Source: Bacteroidia bacterium (GTDB lineage: Bacteria; Bacteroidota; Bacteroidia; SpSt-205). From it: a stretch of DNA of 64,000 nt. The stretch is taken from NCBI GenBank assembly GCA_025062295.1, contig JANXAJ010000006.1, positions 598 through 64,597 on the forward strand, in the 5' to 3' direction. Both the position numbers and the translations under genes were made by a program. Position 1 is the first letter of the stretch. The number at the start of each line of letters is the position of its first letter. Shown piece by piece: positions 27,534 to 37,780 of the stretch. The notes below the pieces were generated by a model. That model worked only from the letters and a program-made list of their open reading frames with translations. It had not been told where the DNA came from and did no database searches.

Positions 27534-29621
27534 TTACTCCACAATAAGAAAGCGTTCTCCGTACTTTTCACTCAAATATTGGGCACGAGTATAAAATTTT
27601 TTCTCCCCCACCCATTCCACAAAGTGGAAGACCCCCCCAGTAAAAGGGGCAAAACCCCATCCCAAAATGGAAGCTACATCTCCGTCCCTCTTGTCTAAAA
27701 GGATGCCTTCTTGATAGGCTCGGAAAGCCTCAGCCACTTGGACGTATAGGAACCGATCTTTAAGGTCTTCATATTCGGTGGGGGCGACAGAGCGAGAAGG
27801 GAAATAGCGGCTCAGTTCAGGCCAGAGATACTTTTTTCCACCCTCTGCTGGATACTCATAGAATCCCTTTCCAACTTTTCGTCCTATGCGTCCCAGTTCT
27901 TCTACAAAGAGCCTGCCAATATCAGAGACAGGGTCATCGGTCAATCGGATGCCAAGGTCTTCCTCGGTTTGGCGCAAGATGCTATACATGAGCGAAATAC
28001 TCACTTCATCAGCCAGTGCAAGGGGTCCCACTGGCATACCTGCCTGATGTCCTAAGTTTTCTATCAGGGCTGGAGGAATCCCTTCCTTCAGCATGCGCAG
28101 CCCTTCCCTTACGTAGGTTCCAAAGACTCGCGAAGTGAAAAAGCCACGACCATCCCGAACCACAATCGGGACTTTACCAATTTGCTTTGCAAAGTCAAGA
28201 GCCCACGCCAGGGTTTGAGGAGCAGTTTCCCGTCCCAAGATAATCTCCAAAAGCGGCATACGCTCAGCGGGAGAGAAAAAATGCATGCCAATGAATCGCT
28301 CCGCCAAACCAGCCGACTCTGCTAAGCTTGTAATGGGCAGTGTGGAAGTATTGGAAGCTAAGATTCCAGAGGAACTCAGATAAGGACGCACCTCCTGATA
28401 CACCTGGGACTTGACGGCTCTATTTTCAAAGACGGCTTCTATAACGAGGTCTGAACCAGCGAGATCGCTATAGTCTGCCGTATAGTGGAGGCGCTGGCGA
28501 ATAGACTCAGCTTCTGATGGGGAAAGGCGATTACGCTTCACAGCTTTATCTATTAGAGAGAAAGCAAAAGTTTCTGCATACTTGAGGGCGCCCATATCGG
28601 TGTCCTTAATCCATGTGTCATAGCCTGCAGTGGCGCATACATATCCAATCGCTCGTCCCATCATCCCTGCCCCCAAAATGGCGACTTTGCGAAAGGAAGC
28701 AGGAGGAGTATCCTTTGGACGATGGGGGAGATTTAGCAGGCGCTGTCGCTCCACAAAAAGGGTACGAACCATTGCCCGAGCTGTAGGAGTGCTGAGCGTC
28801 TTCGCAAAGTATTCGCTCTCTATCTTAAGTCCCTCTACAATCGGCACTTGAATGCCCTCATAAACAGCACTGAGGGCATACTGAAGCCCTGGATAATGAC
28901 CATACGACCGCTCCCGGAGGCGGGCTATCGCCGCAGCAAAAATGTTTCGACCCATCTCACTCTGTACAGAGGGACCCGGAAGGCGGAATTCCTTTTGATG
29001 CCATGGATTAGAGGCTGAGGAATGAGTATGAAGCCAAGCTAATCCTTTTTCAATCAGGTCTTGAGAAGAATCTACCAACTCTTCTATGAGTCCTTTTTGA
29101 AGAGCTTCGGAGGGCGAGAGACGCCTACCTTCTAAGATCAGCTCCAGACTTGTCATAAGTCCTATTTTTCTTGGGAGGCGCTGCGTCCCTCCCGCTCCTG
29201 GCATAAGTCCTAAAGTCGTTTCTGGCAGCCCAATCTCTATTCGTGGCTCATTTAGGGCAATCCGATGATGACAAGCCAAGGCTAACTCATAGCCTCCTCC
29301 CAAGGCTGAACCACCTATGGCAGCTACGACTGGCTTGCCTCCCGTCTCCACTCGCAGAAAAACTGACTGAAGCTGCCAACTGGCTTCAAAGATGTAATGG
29401 GGGTCCGAAGCCTCCGCCAGCTCTTGGATGGTCTCTAAATCAGCACCAGCTAAAAATTCCCTCTTTTTAGAGCCAATCACGACCCCCCGAATCTGAGAGT
29501 CGGTTAGAACTCCCTCCAGCGCTTCCGCAAAGGCCCGAATGCTCTCAGCATTGAGTACATTTACTTTAGGCATGTTCCAAAAGAGTAGAGCATAAGCTCC
29601 CTCCCGACTCACCTCTATCAT
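27534..29621 (-). CDS. Fatty acid oxidation complex alpha subunit (enoyl-CoA hydratase/3-hydroxyacyl-CoA dehydrogenase, FadB/FadJ-like)
   Basis: A 695-aa ORF. It has an N-terminal crotonase fold (GGSALGGGYELALACH), a central NAD-binding region (VAILGAGMMGRAIGYV) and a C-terminal 3HCDH domain. Confidence 0.9.
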   Translation of the reverse strand: MIEVSREGAYALLFWNMPKVNVLNAESIRAFAEALEGVLTDSQIRGVVIGSKKREFLAGADLETIQELAEASDPHYIFEASWQLQSVFLRVETGGKPVVAAIGGSALGGGYELALACHHRIALNEPRIEIGLPETTLGLMPGAGGTQRLPRKIGLMTSLELILEGRRLSPSEALQKGLIEELVDSSQDLIEKGLAWLHTHSSASNPWHQKEFRLPGPSVQSEMGRNIFAAAIARLRERSYGHYPGLQYALSAVYEGIQVPIVEGLKIESEYFAKTLSTPTARAMVRTLFVERQRLLNLPHRPKDTPPASFRKVAILGAGMMGRAIGYVCATAGYDTWIKDTDMGALKYAETFAFSLIDKAVKRNRLSPSEAESIRQRLHYTADYSDLAGSDLVIEAVFENRAVKSQVYQEVRPYLSSSGILASNTSTLPITSLAESAGLAERFIGMHFFSPAERMPLLEIILGRETAPQTLAWALDFAKQIGKVPIVVRDGRGFFTSRVFGTYVREGLRMLKEGIPPALIENLGHQAGMPVGPLALADEVSISLMYSILRQTEEDLGIRLTDDPVSDIGRLFVEELGRIGRKVGKGFYEYPAEGGKKYLWPELSRYFPSRSVAPTEYEDLKDRFLYVQVAEAFRAYQEGILLDKRDGDVASILGWGFAPFTGGVFHFVEWVGEKKFYTRAQYLSEKYGERFLIVE

Positions 29622-29641
29622 ATCGCAAAAGTAAGCTGATT

Positions 29642-30766
29642 TTAGAGACAGGTCAGCGAAAGCATATGTTCGTACAGACGCTCGTAATGGGGGACAATGC
29701 GATGAGTATCATACTCAAGAGCGATGTGCCGAGCGCCACTGCGATAAACAGGGAGATTGCGAAGCACTTCTAAGATAGCTGTACAAGCTGCATGCACATC
29801 ATTAGGAGGGAAGAGGCGACCAGCCTCTGGCTTAATCACCTCTGGGAGGCCACCTACTGCAGGGGCCACCACTGGCACTCCACAAGCTAATGCTTCCAAA
29901 GCCGCCAATCCAAAGCTCTCATAAGCCGAAGTCAGGATAAATATATCCCCAATGGCCAAGAGAGGAGCCACCTCCTGCAGACTACCCGTGAAAGAAGTTC
30001 TCTCTTGAAGCTCCAACTGATAAGCCAATCTCTCCACATAAGAACGTTCAGGTCCATCCCCTATCATCAAGAGACGAGCAGGTACATTCATTTCTAAGAG
30101 TTCCTTTAGAATGTAAAGGATAGAAGGGGTCTGCTTAATAGGACGGAAGTTAGAGGCATGAACCAGAAGGATTTCATCCGGTGCTGCATATGCACGGCGA
30201 AGACGAAGGTCAAAGCGCTCAGGACTAAACCGAGTCGTGTCTACAAAGTTCGGAATCACCAGGGGCTTTTCCTGCAAATGAAAATGAAGCTGAGTTTCTT
30301 GAGCCAACGCTTCTGAAACGGCTGTTACTTCGCTGCTTGCAGAGAGGGCAAGTTTGACAATCGGGTAGAGATCAGGGTCTTGACTCACCAGGCTGGTATC
30401 TGTACCATGAAGGGTAGTTATCACAGGAAGAGCCTTTCCTTGATAGGCTAAGGTCTGCTGGGCTAAGTAGGCGCTTACAGCGTGAGGAATCGCATAATGT
30501 ACATGTACTAGCTCCATCCCTCCTTCCACTAACCGAACTAAACGACCAGCTAAAGCACTCTCATAAGGACGATATTGAAAGACAGGATAATCCGGAGGAA
30601 TCACCTGATGAAAGTATAAGTTTGGAAGACATGCTGTCAAGCGGATAGGTAGCTCAGAGGAGATAAGATGCACAGTGTGTCCTCGGCATGCTAAAGCCCG
30701 AGCTAACTCCGTCGCTATTACTCCACTCCCACCAATAGTTGGATAACAAACAATTCCAATCTGCAC
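29642..30766 (-). CDS. bshA: GT4 glycosyltransferase, BshA-like (putative N-acetyl-alpha-D-glucosaminyl L-malate synthase)
   Basis: A 374-aa ORF. The N-terminus MQIGIVCYPTIGGSGVIATELARALACRGHTVHLISSELPIRL closely mirrors the BshA N-terminus, and the length matches BshA. The GT4 E-x7-E region is at the C-terminus. Confidence 0.55.
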   Translation of the reverse strand: MQIGIVCYPTIGGSGVIATELARALACRGHTVHLISSELPIRLTACLPNLYFHQVIPPDYPVFQYRPYESALAGRLVRLVEGGMELVHVHYAIPHAVSAYLAQQTLAYQGKALPVITTLHGTDTSLVSQDPDLYPIVKLALSASSEVTAVSEALAQETQLHFHLQEKPLVIPNFVDTTRFSPERFDLRLRRAYAAPDEILLVHASNFRPIKQTPSILYILKELLEMNVPARLLMIGDGPERSYVERLAYQLELQERTSFTGSLQEVAPLLAIGDIFILTSAYESFGLAALEALACGVPVVAPAVGGLPEVIKPEAGRLFPPNDVHAACTAILEVLRNLPVYRSGARHIALEYDTHRIVPHYERLYEHMLSLTCL

Positions 30767-30886
30767 ATCTCAATCAACAAAAAAGAGGCAAGCTGCACGA
30801 GGGTAAGGCCTCCTGCATAAGCAACTTTATCCAATCTTAGGGAAAAGAGGCTTAGTGGGGTATCTCTAAAGAAGTTTCATTCTAAC

Positions 30887-32158
30887 TTATATTGGCTCGT
30901 AGCTGTGATGAGCGCTTTCCTCTAAGTAGGGATGATTTCTCGGCAAAAGAACAGGTGCCTTTTCAAGGTGTCGAGCAGAGAGCCAGAAAAACCCAGCCAC
31001 TCCTACCAGAAAGAAGCCCACTTCCATCGGTCCCAGCCCTCCATTCTTGCCAGCCACTGAGGGCATAACAATCATAAATGTATCCAGCCAGTGGGTAAAG
31101 AGAAGGATTCCAGAGACGAAGCCGAGCCAGACGTAATTTCGCTTGATACTTGCACTCATGAGTCCTATGAGAGGCATGAGAAAATTCAGTATGAGGGTTA
31201 GGTAAAAGATGGGAACATATTGGGGATTGACGTGAGCCCGAATCCGCTCATAAAACCAGAAGGTCTCTTCGGGAATATTTGCATACCAAATCAGCATAAA
31301 TTGACCATAGAAGATATAGGTCCAGAAAATGCTGAATGCGAATACAAACTTGCCTAAGTCATGAACATGACTCTCACTCACACCTGAGAGATACCCATTG
31401 AGCTTAAGGATGACAACGGTGAAGGTGATAGAGCAGATTGCTGTAATCCAGAGATTTGCGAAGTTATACACTGCAAACATCGTGCTAAACCAGTGAGGAG
31501 AGGTGCTCATGAGCCAGTCCCAGCTTGCTACAGACCAGCTAATCGCGAAGAACACGATGAACCCAGCAGCCAACCGACGCAGATTGTGGAAATATCGTAT
31601 TTCGCCCGTGGCATCCAGCTGCTCCCAATTCCGAGCAAAGCCCCGCCAGAATAGTAGCCATCCCCCTAAAATGATAATCAATCGGAGGATAAAAAACGGG
31701 AGATTCAAATATCCACTCTTATGCTGGAGGATCTCATCGCGAGCTACTACATCCGCATGAGTCCATTCATACAAGACACTTGAAAAGCCTACGACCACTA
31801 AGGCAAGAAGTCCTGCTAACCACGGCAGATTCATGGAGAAGGCTTGGGGAACCCGTTGAAGCATGACATACCAGCCTGCGTTTGCTGCGTATCCAACTGC
31901 TAAAAAGAAAAGGGAGAGGAGACTCACACCCAAGAGATACATAGAAGTAATCAAGAGATTGGCTGATAGGCGGCTCAGCCAGGGGGAAGCATGAGAGCTG
32001 TGTCCTCCCTCCTCATGAATGCCCATTGTCTGGAAGAGACCCAGCCCAATAAGTCCTACCCCTATTATGAGCCCATATAGGAGAATCTTCCGAAGATGAG
32101 GAGGCAATTCAAAGCGCTCTTGCCAATTGATACCAGAGCTTGAGGAAGCGTGAGCCAT
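30887..32158 (-). CDS. actF: Alternative complex III subunit ActF (NrfD-like membrane subunit)
   Basis: A 423-aa polytopic protein and the last gene of the act operon. Start is 2 nt after the actE stop. Confidence 0.7.
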   Translation of the reverse strand: MAHASSSSGINWQERFELPPHLRKILLYGLIIGVGLIGLGLFQTMGIHEEGGHSSHASPWLSRLSANLLITSMYLLGVSLLSLFFLAVGYAANAGWYVMLQRVPQAFSMNLPWLAGLLALVVVGFSSVLYEWTHADVVARDEILQHKSGYLNLPFFILRLIIILGGWLLFWRGFARNWEQLDATGEIRYFHNLRRLAAGFIVFFAISWSVASWDWLMSTSPHWFSTMFAVYNFANLWITAICSITFTVVILKLNGYLSGVSESHVHDLGKFVFAFSIFWTYIFYGQFMLIWYANIPEETFWFYERIRAHVNPQYVPIFYLTLILNFLMPLIGLMSASIKRNYVWLGFVSGILLFTHWLDTFMIVMPSVAGKNGGLGPMEVGFFLVGVAGFFWLSARHLEKAPVLLPRNHPYLEESAHHSYEPI

Positions 32159-32160
32159 GA

Positions 32161-32772
32161 TTAGTTTGTGGTTTTAGATTGAGTTTCTTCAGCTAGACCC
32201 TTTGCCCGCAGCTGCTGTACATACAGAATCACCTTCCATCGCTCTTCTGGTGTGAGCTGAGAAGCATGGGAGCCCATTAGGTTCTTACCGTAGGTAATGC
32301 TGTGAAACATTTTTCCCTCTGGAAGGTCCCGAAGCTGAGGACCATAGTAAGAAGGCACTTGGGGAAACTTTCCAGCTTCTACAATAGAGCCGCGACCATT
32401 CCCTTTCTCCCCGTGGCAGTGAATGCAATAATATTCATACAGCCTTTTGCCCTCGCTAATATTTTCGGGTGTCGGCGGAAGAGGATTTCGGAGCTTCTTG
32501 CCTGCCTCTTCATACCCTTCATTTGTATTGGGAAAAGGATAAATGTAATCTACTTTCCCACGGGGCACAGTTCCCGCTACGGGCTCAAATAGCTGTTTCC
32601 CATCTTTCGCATAAGGAAAATAGTCAGTCTGTGAGTACGGCTCCAGAGGAATGGAGTGATACATCTGTGGTGCATATTCTATGCCTGGGTCCCGGGGATC
32701 TGTAGAAGCGCACCCTTCTCCATAAATAAGCACGACTATCAAGAGAATGAAGGCCGTGATGAATCTATTCAT
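32161..32772 (-). CDS. actE: Alternative complex III monoheme cytochrome c subunit ActE
   Basis: A 203-aa ORF with a signal/lipoprotein N-terminus (LIYGEGCAS) and a single CIHCH heme motif. The 4-nt ATGA overlap with actD fits operon coupling. Confidence 0.75.
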   Translation of the reverse strand: MNRFITAFILLIVVLIYGEGCASTDPRDPGIEYAPQMYHSIPLEPYSQTDYFPYAKDGKQLFEPVAGTVPRGKVDYIYPFPNTNEGYEEAGKKLRNPLPPTPENISEGKRLYEYYCIHCHGEKGNGRGSIVEAGKFPQVPSYYGPQLRDLPEGKMFHSITYGKNLMGSHASQLTPEERWKVILYVQQLRAKGLAEETQSKTTN

Positions 32773-33275
32773 AGCTCTACAATTTTCATTTCAAAGGCAC
32801 CTGTCTTTTGAAAGAGGCGCTTAGCCGCCTCCCAATCTCTCTCGTCCGCTATGGCGATAACCATGGAATCATCTGTCTGACGACGATCATAAACCCGAGC
32901 TCTGCGTCCTGGATAGAGGCGATTGACATATAGGTAAGAGAGGAACATTAGAACGCCAGCGAAAAGAACTGTTAGCTCAAATGTGATGGGAATAAAGCTC
33001 GGGAAAGGAAGAGAAGATTTGCCACCGATATTTGTGGGCCAGTCTATCGTGTACATATAAATCTGCATGGAGAGAGCTGTAAGGGTCCCGAGAGCCCCAT
33101 ACACAAAAGCAGCGTCGGGAAGGCGAGACTTTCGGAGGCCAAGGGCTTGATCCAGTCCATGAACGGGAAAAGGCGTACACACCTCATGTATCGGAATCCG
33201 CTCTTGTTGAAAAGCTGTCACCGCAGCTAACAGCTTCTCTTCGTCATTGTAAAGTCCTACCAGATATTTTGCCAT
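32769..33275 (-). CDS. actD: Alternative complex III subunit ActD (DUF3341-like)
   Basis: A 168-aa ORF with a soluble N-terminal half plus one or two TM helices (FELTVLFAGVLMFLSYLYV), sitting between actC and actE. Confidence 0.65.
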   Translation of the reverse strand: MAKYLVGLYNDEEKLLAAVTAFQQERIPIHEVCTPFPVHGLDQALGLRKSRLPDAAFVYGALGTLTALSMQIYMYTIDWPTNIGGKSSLPFPSFIPITFELTVLFAGVLMFLSYLYVNRLYPGRRARVYDRRQTDDSMVIAIADERDWEAAKRLFQKTGAFEMKIVEL

Positions 33276-33281
33276 ATTCTT

Positions 33282-34736
33282 CTAAGAATGAGGAGCATCA
33301 GGATCCATCGCAGGGTGAAGCACAGGGGAGGGAGCAGGCTGCTGCTTGCGTGCCCGATAAGCCTCCCAGGAGATTCCAGCATATTGGTCGCCAGAGGTCT
33401 TCAAAATGCTTTTCGTCTCAGCTGCCGCTATCACAGGTAAATACCGAGCAAAAAGAAGGTAAAGCGTCAGAAAAAGTCCAAAACTCCCAACCAGAATCGT
33501 TACCTCTACCCAAGTGGGAGCATACATCCGCCACGAAGAGGCTAGAAAGTCCCGATGGAGGGAAGTAACAATAATCACAAACCGCTCAAACCACATGCCG
33601 ATATTGACAAAGATGGAGATGATAAATACAAACCATGGGCTTCGCCTTAGCTTTTTAAACCAGAAGACCTGTGGAATGAGGAGATTACAGCTTACCATTG
33701 CCCAGTAGGACCACCAGTAAGGACCAAAAGCCCGATTGAGGAAAATATATCGCTCCCAATAAGAGCCAGAATACCAAGCGATAAAGAACTCTGTAGCATA
33801 GGCAAAACCAACCATCATCCCTGTAGCTAAGGTAACCTTAGCCATTGCATCTATGTGCTCTATGGTGATGTAGTCTTTGAGGTTGAGCACTTCCCGGGTG
33901 ATAATCATGAGAGTGAGTACCATCCCAAAGCCAGAGAAAATAGCCCCGGCAACAAAGTAGGGAGGAAAGATGGTGGTGTGCCAGCCAGGCAAAATAGAGG
34001 TAGCAAAGTCAAAGCTCACGATAGAGTGCACAGACAGGACAAGGGGTGTAGAGAGACCTGCAAGGACTAAAGATACCGCTTCAAACCGCTGCCACTGCTT
34101 CGCTGAGCCCGTCCAGCCAAAAGAGAGAATACTGTAAGCATAGTAGGCAAAGCTTCCCGGCTTAGCCCTATCGCGCACCATCGCTAAGTCAGGAATGAGC
34201 CCTGTGTACCAGAAAAGCAGCGAAATCGTGAAATAGGTACTAATCGCAAATACATCCCACAGCAGGGGAGAATTGAAATTCACCCAAAGCGGACCGTGGG
34301 TATTCGGAATAGGGAGAAACCAAAACAAAAGCCAAGGGCGTCCCATGTGGATAATAGGAAAAAGCCCAGCACAGATAACGGCAAAAATCGTCATGGCTTC
34401 TGCTGCTCGGTTGATGGCCATGCGCCATCGCTGACGGAAAAGCAAAAGAATAGCAGAAATAAGGGTGCCAGCATGCCCAATCCCAATCCAAAAGACAAAG
34501 TTGGTAATATCAAACGCCCATCCGACGGTTTTATTGAGCCCCCAGGTCCCAATCCCAACCCAAATCGTGTAACCAATCGCTGCAAAGCCTGCAAACATAA
34601 GCATAGCAGTGAAGGCTGTCGTTACATACCACTTCCAGCTGGCGGGGCTGAGAATAGGTGAGGCAAGATCGGTCGTTATTTGCTGATAGGTCTTGCGACC
34701 GAGAATCAACGGCTCACGAATCGGACTCTCAAACAT
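33282..34736 (-). CDS. actC: Alternative complex III quinol-binding membrane subunit ActC (NrfD/PsrC family)
   Basis: A 484-aa protein with about 10 TM helices. The start is 2 nt after the actB stop. Confidence 0.8.
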   Translation of the reverse strand: MFESPIREPLILGRKTYQQITTDLASPILSPASWKWYVTTAFTAMLMFAGFAAIGYTIWVGIGTWGLNKTVGWAFDITNFVFWIGIGHAGTLISAILLLFRQRWRMAINRAAEAMTIFAVICAGLFPIIHMGRPWLLFWFLPIPNTHGPLWVNFNSPLLWDVFAISTYFTISLLFWYTGLIPDLAMVRDRAKPGSFAYYAYSILSFGWTGSAKQWQRFEAVSLVLAGLSTPLVLSVHSIVSFDFATSILPGWHTTIFPPYFVAGAIFSGFGMVLTLMIITREVLNLKDYITIEHIDAMAKVTLATGMMVGFAYATEFFIAWYSGSYWERYIFLNRAFGPYWWSYWAMVSCNLLIPQVFWFKKLRRSPWFVFIISIFVNIGMWFERFVIIVTSLHRDFLASSWRMYAPTWVEVTILVGSFGLFLTLYLLFARYLPVIAAAETKSILKTSGDQYAGISWEAYRARKQQPAPSPVLHPAMDPDAPHS

Positions 34737-34738
34737 AA

Positions 34739-37700
34739 TTATACATGTTGAGGTTTAGGAAGGTCTTCATTTCGCACTTTGACCATATATCGGATGGAAG
34801 GGCGGACGTTGAGCTCGGAGAGGGCGTAATAACCCCGCGGCTCTGCTGCCCGCCGCGAGACCAAGCTCTCTGAGTCATTCAGGTCTCCGAATACGATCGC
34901 CTGCGTAGGACAAGCCTGCTGGCAGGCAGTTTTAACCTCTCCATCTCGGAGAGGACGAGCTTGCTTTTTTGCCTCTAGCTTAGCCGCCTGAATGCGCTGA
35001 GTGCAGAAGCTGCACTTCTCCATCACACCCCGAGCACGAACCGTCACATCAGGGTTGAGCACCATCCGCCCTAATTCATCTACGGGATTGAATACCCACT
35101 TCTCTGCGTTTGTATAATCAAACCAGTTGAAGCGACGCACCTTGTATGGACAGTTGTTTGCACAGTAGCGCGTTCCCACACAGCGGTTATATACCTGTTG
35201 ATTGATGCCTTCCGAGCTATGAGCAATGGCTAAGACCGGGCATACCGTCTCACAGGGAGCATGATCACAGTGCTGACAGAGCATCGGTTGGAAAAAAGCT
35301 CGAGGAAAATCCTCTGGTGGAGCGGCTGGAAACTCCTCAGGCTTACTGGTGTGCCCCTTCACCGAAGTGAAATAGCGGTCTATGCGAATCCAGTGCATCT
35401 CGCGACCACGTCGGACTTCATCTCGCCCGACAACAGCCACATTGTTCTCAGCAGTACAGGCCACTACACAGGCCCCACAGCCAATGCAAAGGTTCAGGTC
35501 TATCGTCATCCCCCATCGGTGACCTGGCTGAGGATATTCCTTCCACCACAGATTAATTAGCTTCGGCTCTTCATGATTGCCTGCGCGAGGATCTGCCTTG
35601 TAGGCTGTAAGGGAAGTTTCGCGAATATATTCACGACCTGCATAGGTCTCCCACTGCTGAACCCGAGCGATAGTGTAACGATTAGGCAGCTTCTCTAAAG
35701 TAGCATTGAGAGCCACACAACTGCGATGGCCACTCGGGAGCTTAGTATAGAATGGAAAAGCATTTTGACCGATTCCGACAGCGGCACGTCCTCCCTTTGT
35801 GCGCCCATATCCCATAGCTATCCCTATCGTCCGAGGATCCATGCCTGGCAAGACATAGACAGGCAGCTCAATGGAGGTTTCACCCACCGTAATGCGTACC
35901 ATATCATTCGTTTCAAGACCAACTCGCCGAGCATAAACAGGGGAAATAAGCGCATAATTGTCCCACACCGCCCGAGAGACAGGATCAGGGAGCTCCTGAA
36001 GCCAAGGATTTCCCGCATGCGTCCCATCTCCAATCCCCACTTTTTCGTACACATATACAGCTAAAGGTATCTCTTCTGGTACGGGAGGAAGTTGAGCGGC
36101 CCATAAGGAAGGATTCCACGTCGCCTTGGGAGGAGACTGTGGCTGAATCGTCATATTCACAATCCCACGCTCCAGCGCTCGCAGCCAGAATATTTCTGCT
36201 GTCTCTGTGGGCAGGTGGGGCTCCGAGGACTCCCAGAAAGGCTTCACCTTGCCAGCTTCCTGGGCTTTGACATACTCACGATAAGCTGGATAAATCTCTT
36301 TCTCCCAGTATGATTTCAAGTAGTCTAAATGAGACTCAGAACGGCCAGTCCATAAGAGAAGAATTTCGGCAAAGGACCGAGTATTGAAAATTCGCTGAAT
36401 AGTTGGCTGCTGAAGTGTGTATAATCCCTCGTAAGGCTCTGCATCGCCCCAGCTTTCCAAAAAATGGCTTTCTGCTAAAACATACTTACAGCGCTCACCA
36501 GTCTCATGCTCATATAGACCGATAGAAACCGTGAGAGGAATCGCTTCCAGAGCTTTCTCCACTTGCTGAGCAAAAGGATAGTCATAGAGGGGATTGACCT
36601 GATAAAAAATGGCAGCGCCGACCCTTTGAGCTTGGGCTTCGGTGAGGAAAGTCTCCATATCAGCATCTCGCTCAGCCCGCAAATAACATGCAGGCTCAAT
36701 GAAAATAGTCTTGCCATAAGCTCCAAGAAGGAGGTTTATCCCAGCAACCACAGCTTGAAGGGCAGGAGAGTGACTACGAGTTACGACAAGCGCCTTTCCT
36801 TGAGCCTCCCACAGCCGCTGAGCAACCTGCTCTATATCTCCCTGTGGTGTATCCCATTCCTCATTATTGAGCGATGGCTGACCCGCCAGCCGAGCCAAGC
36901 GATTATATAAACTCACTATAGCTCGTCGCACTTCTATAGGCGAGAGGGCAATCCGCCGATCAGCACTGAGCCCCGTGATGGTGGGAACAGACTCAAATTG
37001 AACATGATATGACATCTCTGTGTGCCCTTCATACAATTGGCGGTTACGAGACCACTGGCGCGCAAACGCTGTGGGGTCTAACCATGTGCCTAAAAAGTCC
37101 GAGTTGAATCCTACAATCACCTCTGCTTTGTCAAAGCGATAGGTAGGTGCTATGCGACGGCCAAAAATCACCTCATGAGCGGAGAGAAGAGCATCATACG
37201 ACTCAGGCGCATATACAATATGTCTTGCATTCCTGAAAAGAGAAAGCCATTCGCTGATGAGAGCCTGAAGACTTGGACTAATAAGTGGTGGAGTGATAAG
37301 ATAAATGAGCTTGTTTTGGTCATCCTGAGCTTTAAATTGTGTCATAAGAGGGGCACCTACAGCACTCCAATCAGATTCTTGACCATTTATTTTTGGATGC
37401 TGGAGACGGCGGTGGTCATACAAAGACAGAATAGAGGCTTGACCCCGAGCATGCGTACCTCCTTCTGTGGGGATATACGAGGGATTCCCTTCTAGCTTGA
37501 CAGGACGACCCTCACGAACCCGGGCTAAAACAGATTGAAAGAGCTGACCATCAAAGTAGCTGGTCGCATAATACTCAGCTATCGTGGGGATATGCTCCGC
37601 AGGCTTTTTGACATAGGGGAGGGCATACTTAACAGGGGATTTCTCACAAGCCGCTAAAACAGCAGCACTTAGGGTGATACCGCACCACTTGAGGAAATCC

Positions 37701-37768
37701 CGACGAGTAGTGCTAAGCCCTTCTTCAAAAATTGACTCTACTGGAATGTCTTTGGAAAATTCATGCAT
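34739..37768 (-). CDS. actB: Alternative complex III subunit ActB (fused molybdopterin-oxidoreductase-like and 4Fe-4S ferredoxin domains)
   Basis: A 1009-aa ORF. It has a Tat motif TRRDFLKW, a lipobox LAAC and a large MopB-like domain. Fe-S Cys clusters are present ([49 protein letters not shown]). Confidence 0.85.
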   Translation of the reverse strand: MHEFSKDIPVESIFEEGLSTTRRDFLKWCGITLSAAVLAACEKSPVKYALPYVKKPAEHIPTIAEYYATSYFDGQLFQSVLARVREGRPVKLEGNPSYIPTEGGTHARGQASILSLYDHRRLQHPKINGQESDWSAVGAPLMTQFKAQDDQNKLIYLITPPLISPSLQALISEWLSLFRNARHIVYAPESYDALLSAHEVIFGRRIAPTYRFDKAEVIVGFNSDFLGTWLDPTAFARQWSRNRQLYEGHTEMSYHVQFESVPTITGLSADRRIALSPIEVRRAIVSLYNRLARLAGQPSLNNEEWDTPQGDIEQVAQRLWEAQGKALVVTRSHSPALQAVVAGINLLLGAYGKTIFIEPACYLRAERDADMETFLTEAQAQRVGAAIFYQVNPLYDYPFAQQVEKALEAIPLTVSIGLYEHETGERCKYVLAESHFLESWGDAEPYEGLYTLQQPTIQRIFNTRSFAEILLLWTGRSESHLDYLKSYWEKEIYPAYREYVKAQEAGKVKPFWESSEPHLPTETAEIFWLRALERGIVNMTIQPQSPPKATWNPSLWAAQLPPVPEEIPLAVYVYEKVGIGDGTHAGNPWLQELPDPVSRAVWDNYALISPVYARRVGLETNDMVRITVGETSIELPVYVLPGMDPRTIGIAMGYGRTKGGRAAVGIGQNAFPFYTKLPSGHRSCVALNATLEKLPNRYTIARVQQWETYAGREYIRETSLTAYKADPRAGNHEEPKLINLWWKEYPQPGHRWGMTIDLNLCIGCGACVVACTAENNVAVVGRDEVRRGREMHWIRIDRYFTSVKGHTSKPEEFPAAPPEDFPRAFFQPMLCQHCDHAPCETVCPVLAIAHSSEGINQQVYNRCVGTRYCANNCPYKVRRFNWFDYTNAEKWVFNPVDELGRMVLNPDVTVRARGVMEKCSFCTQRIQAAKLEAKKQARPLRDGEVKTACQQACPTQAIVFGDLNDSESLVSRRAAEPRGYYALSELNVRPSIRYMVKVRNEDLPKPQHV

Positions 37769-37780
37769 ATTGTCTTAGGA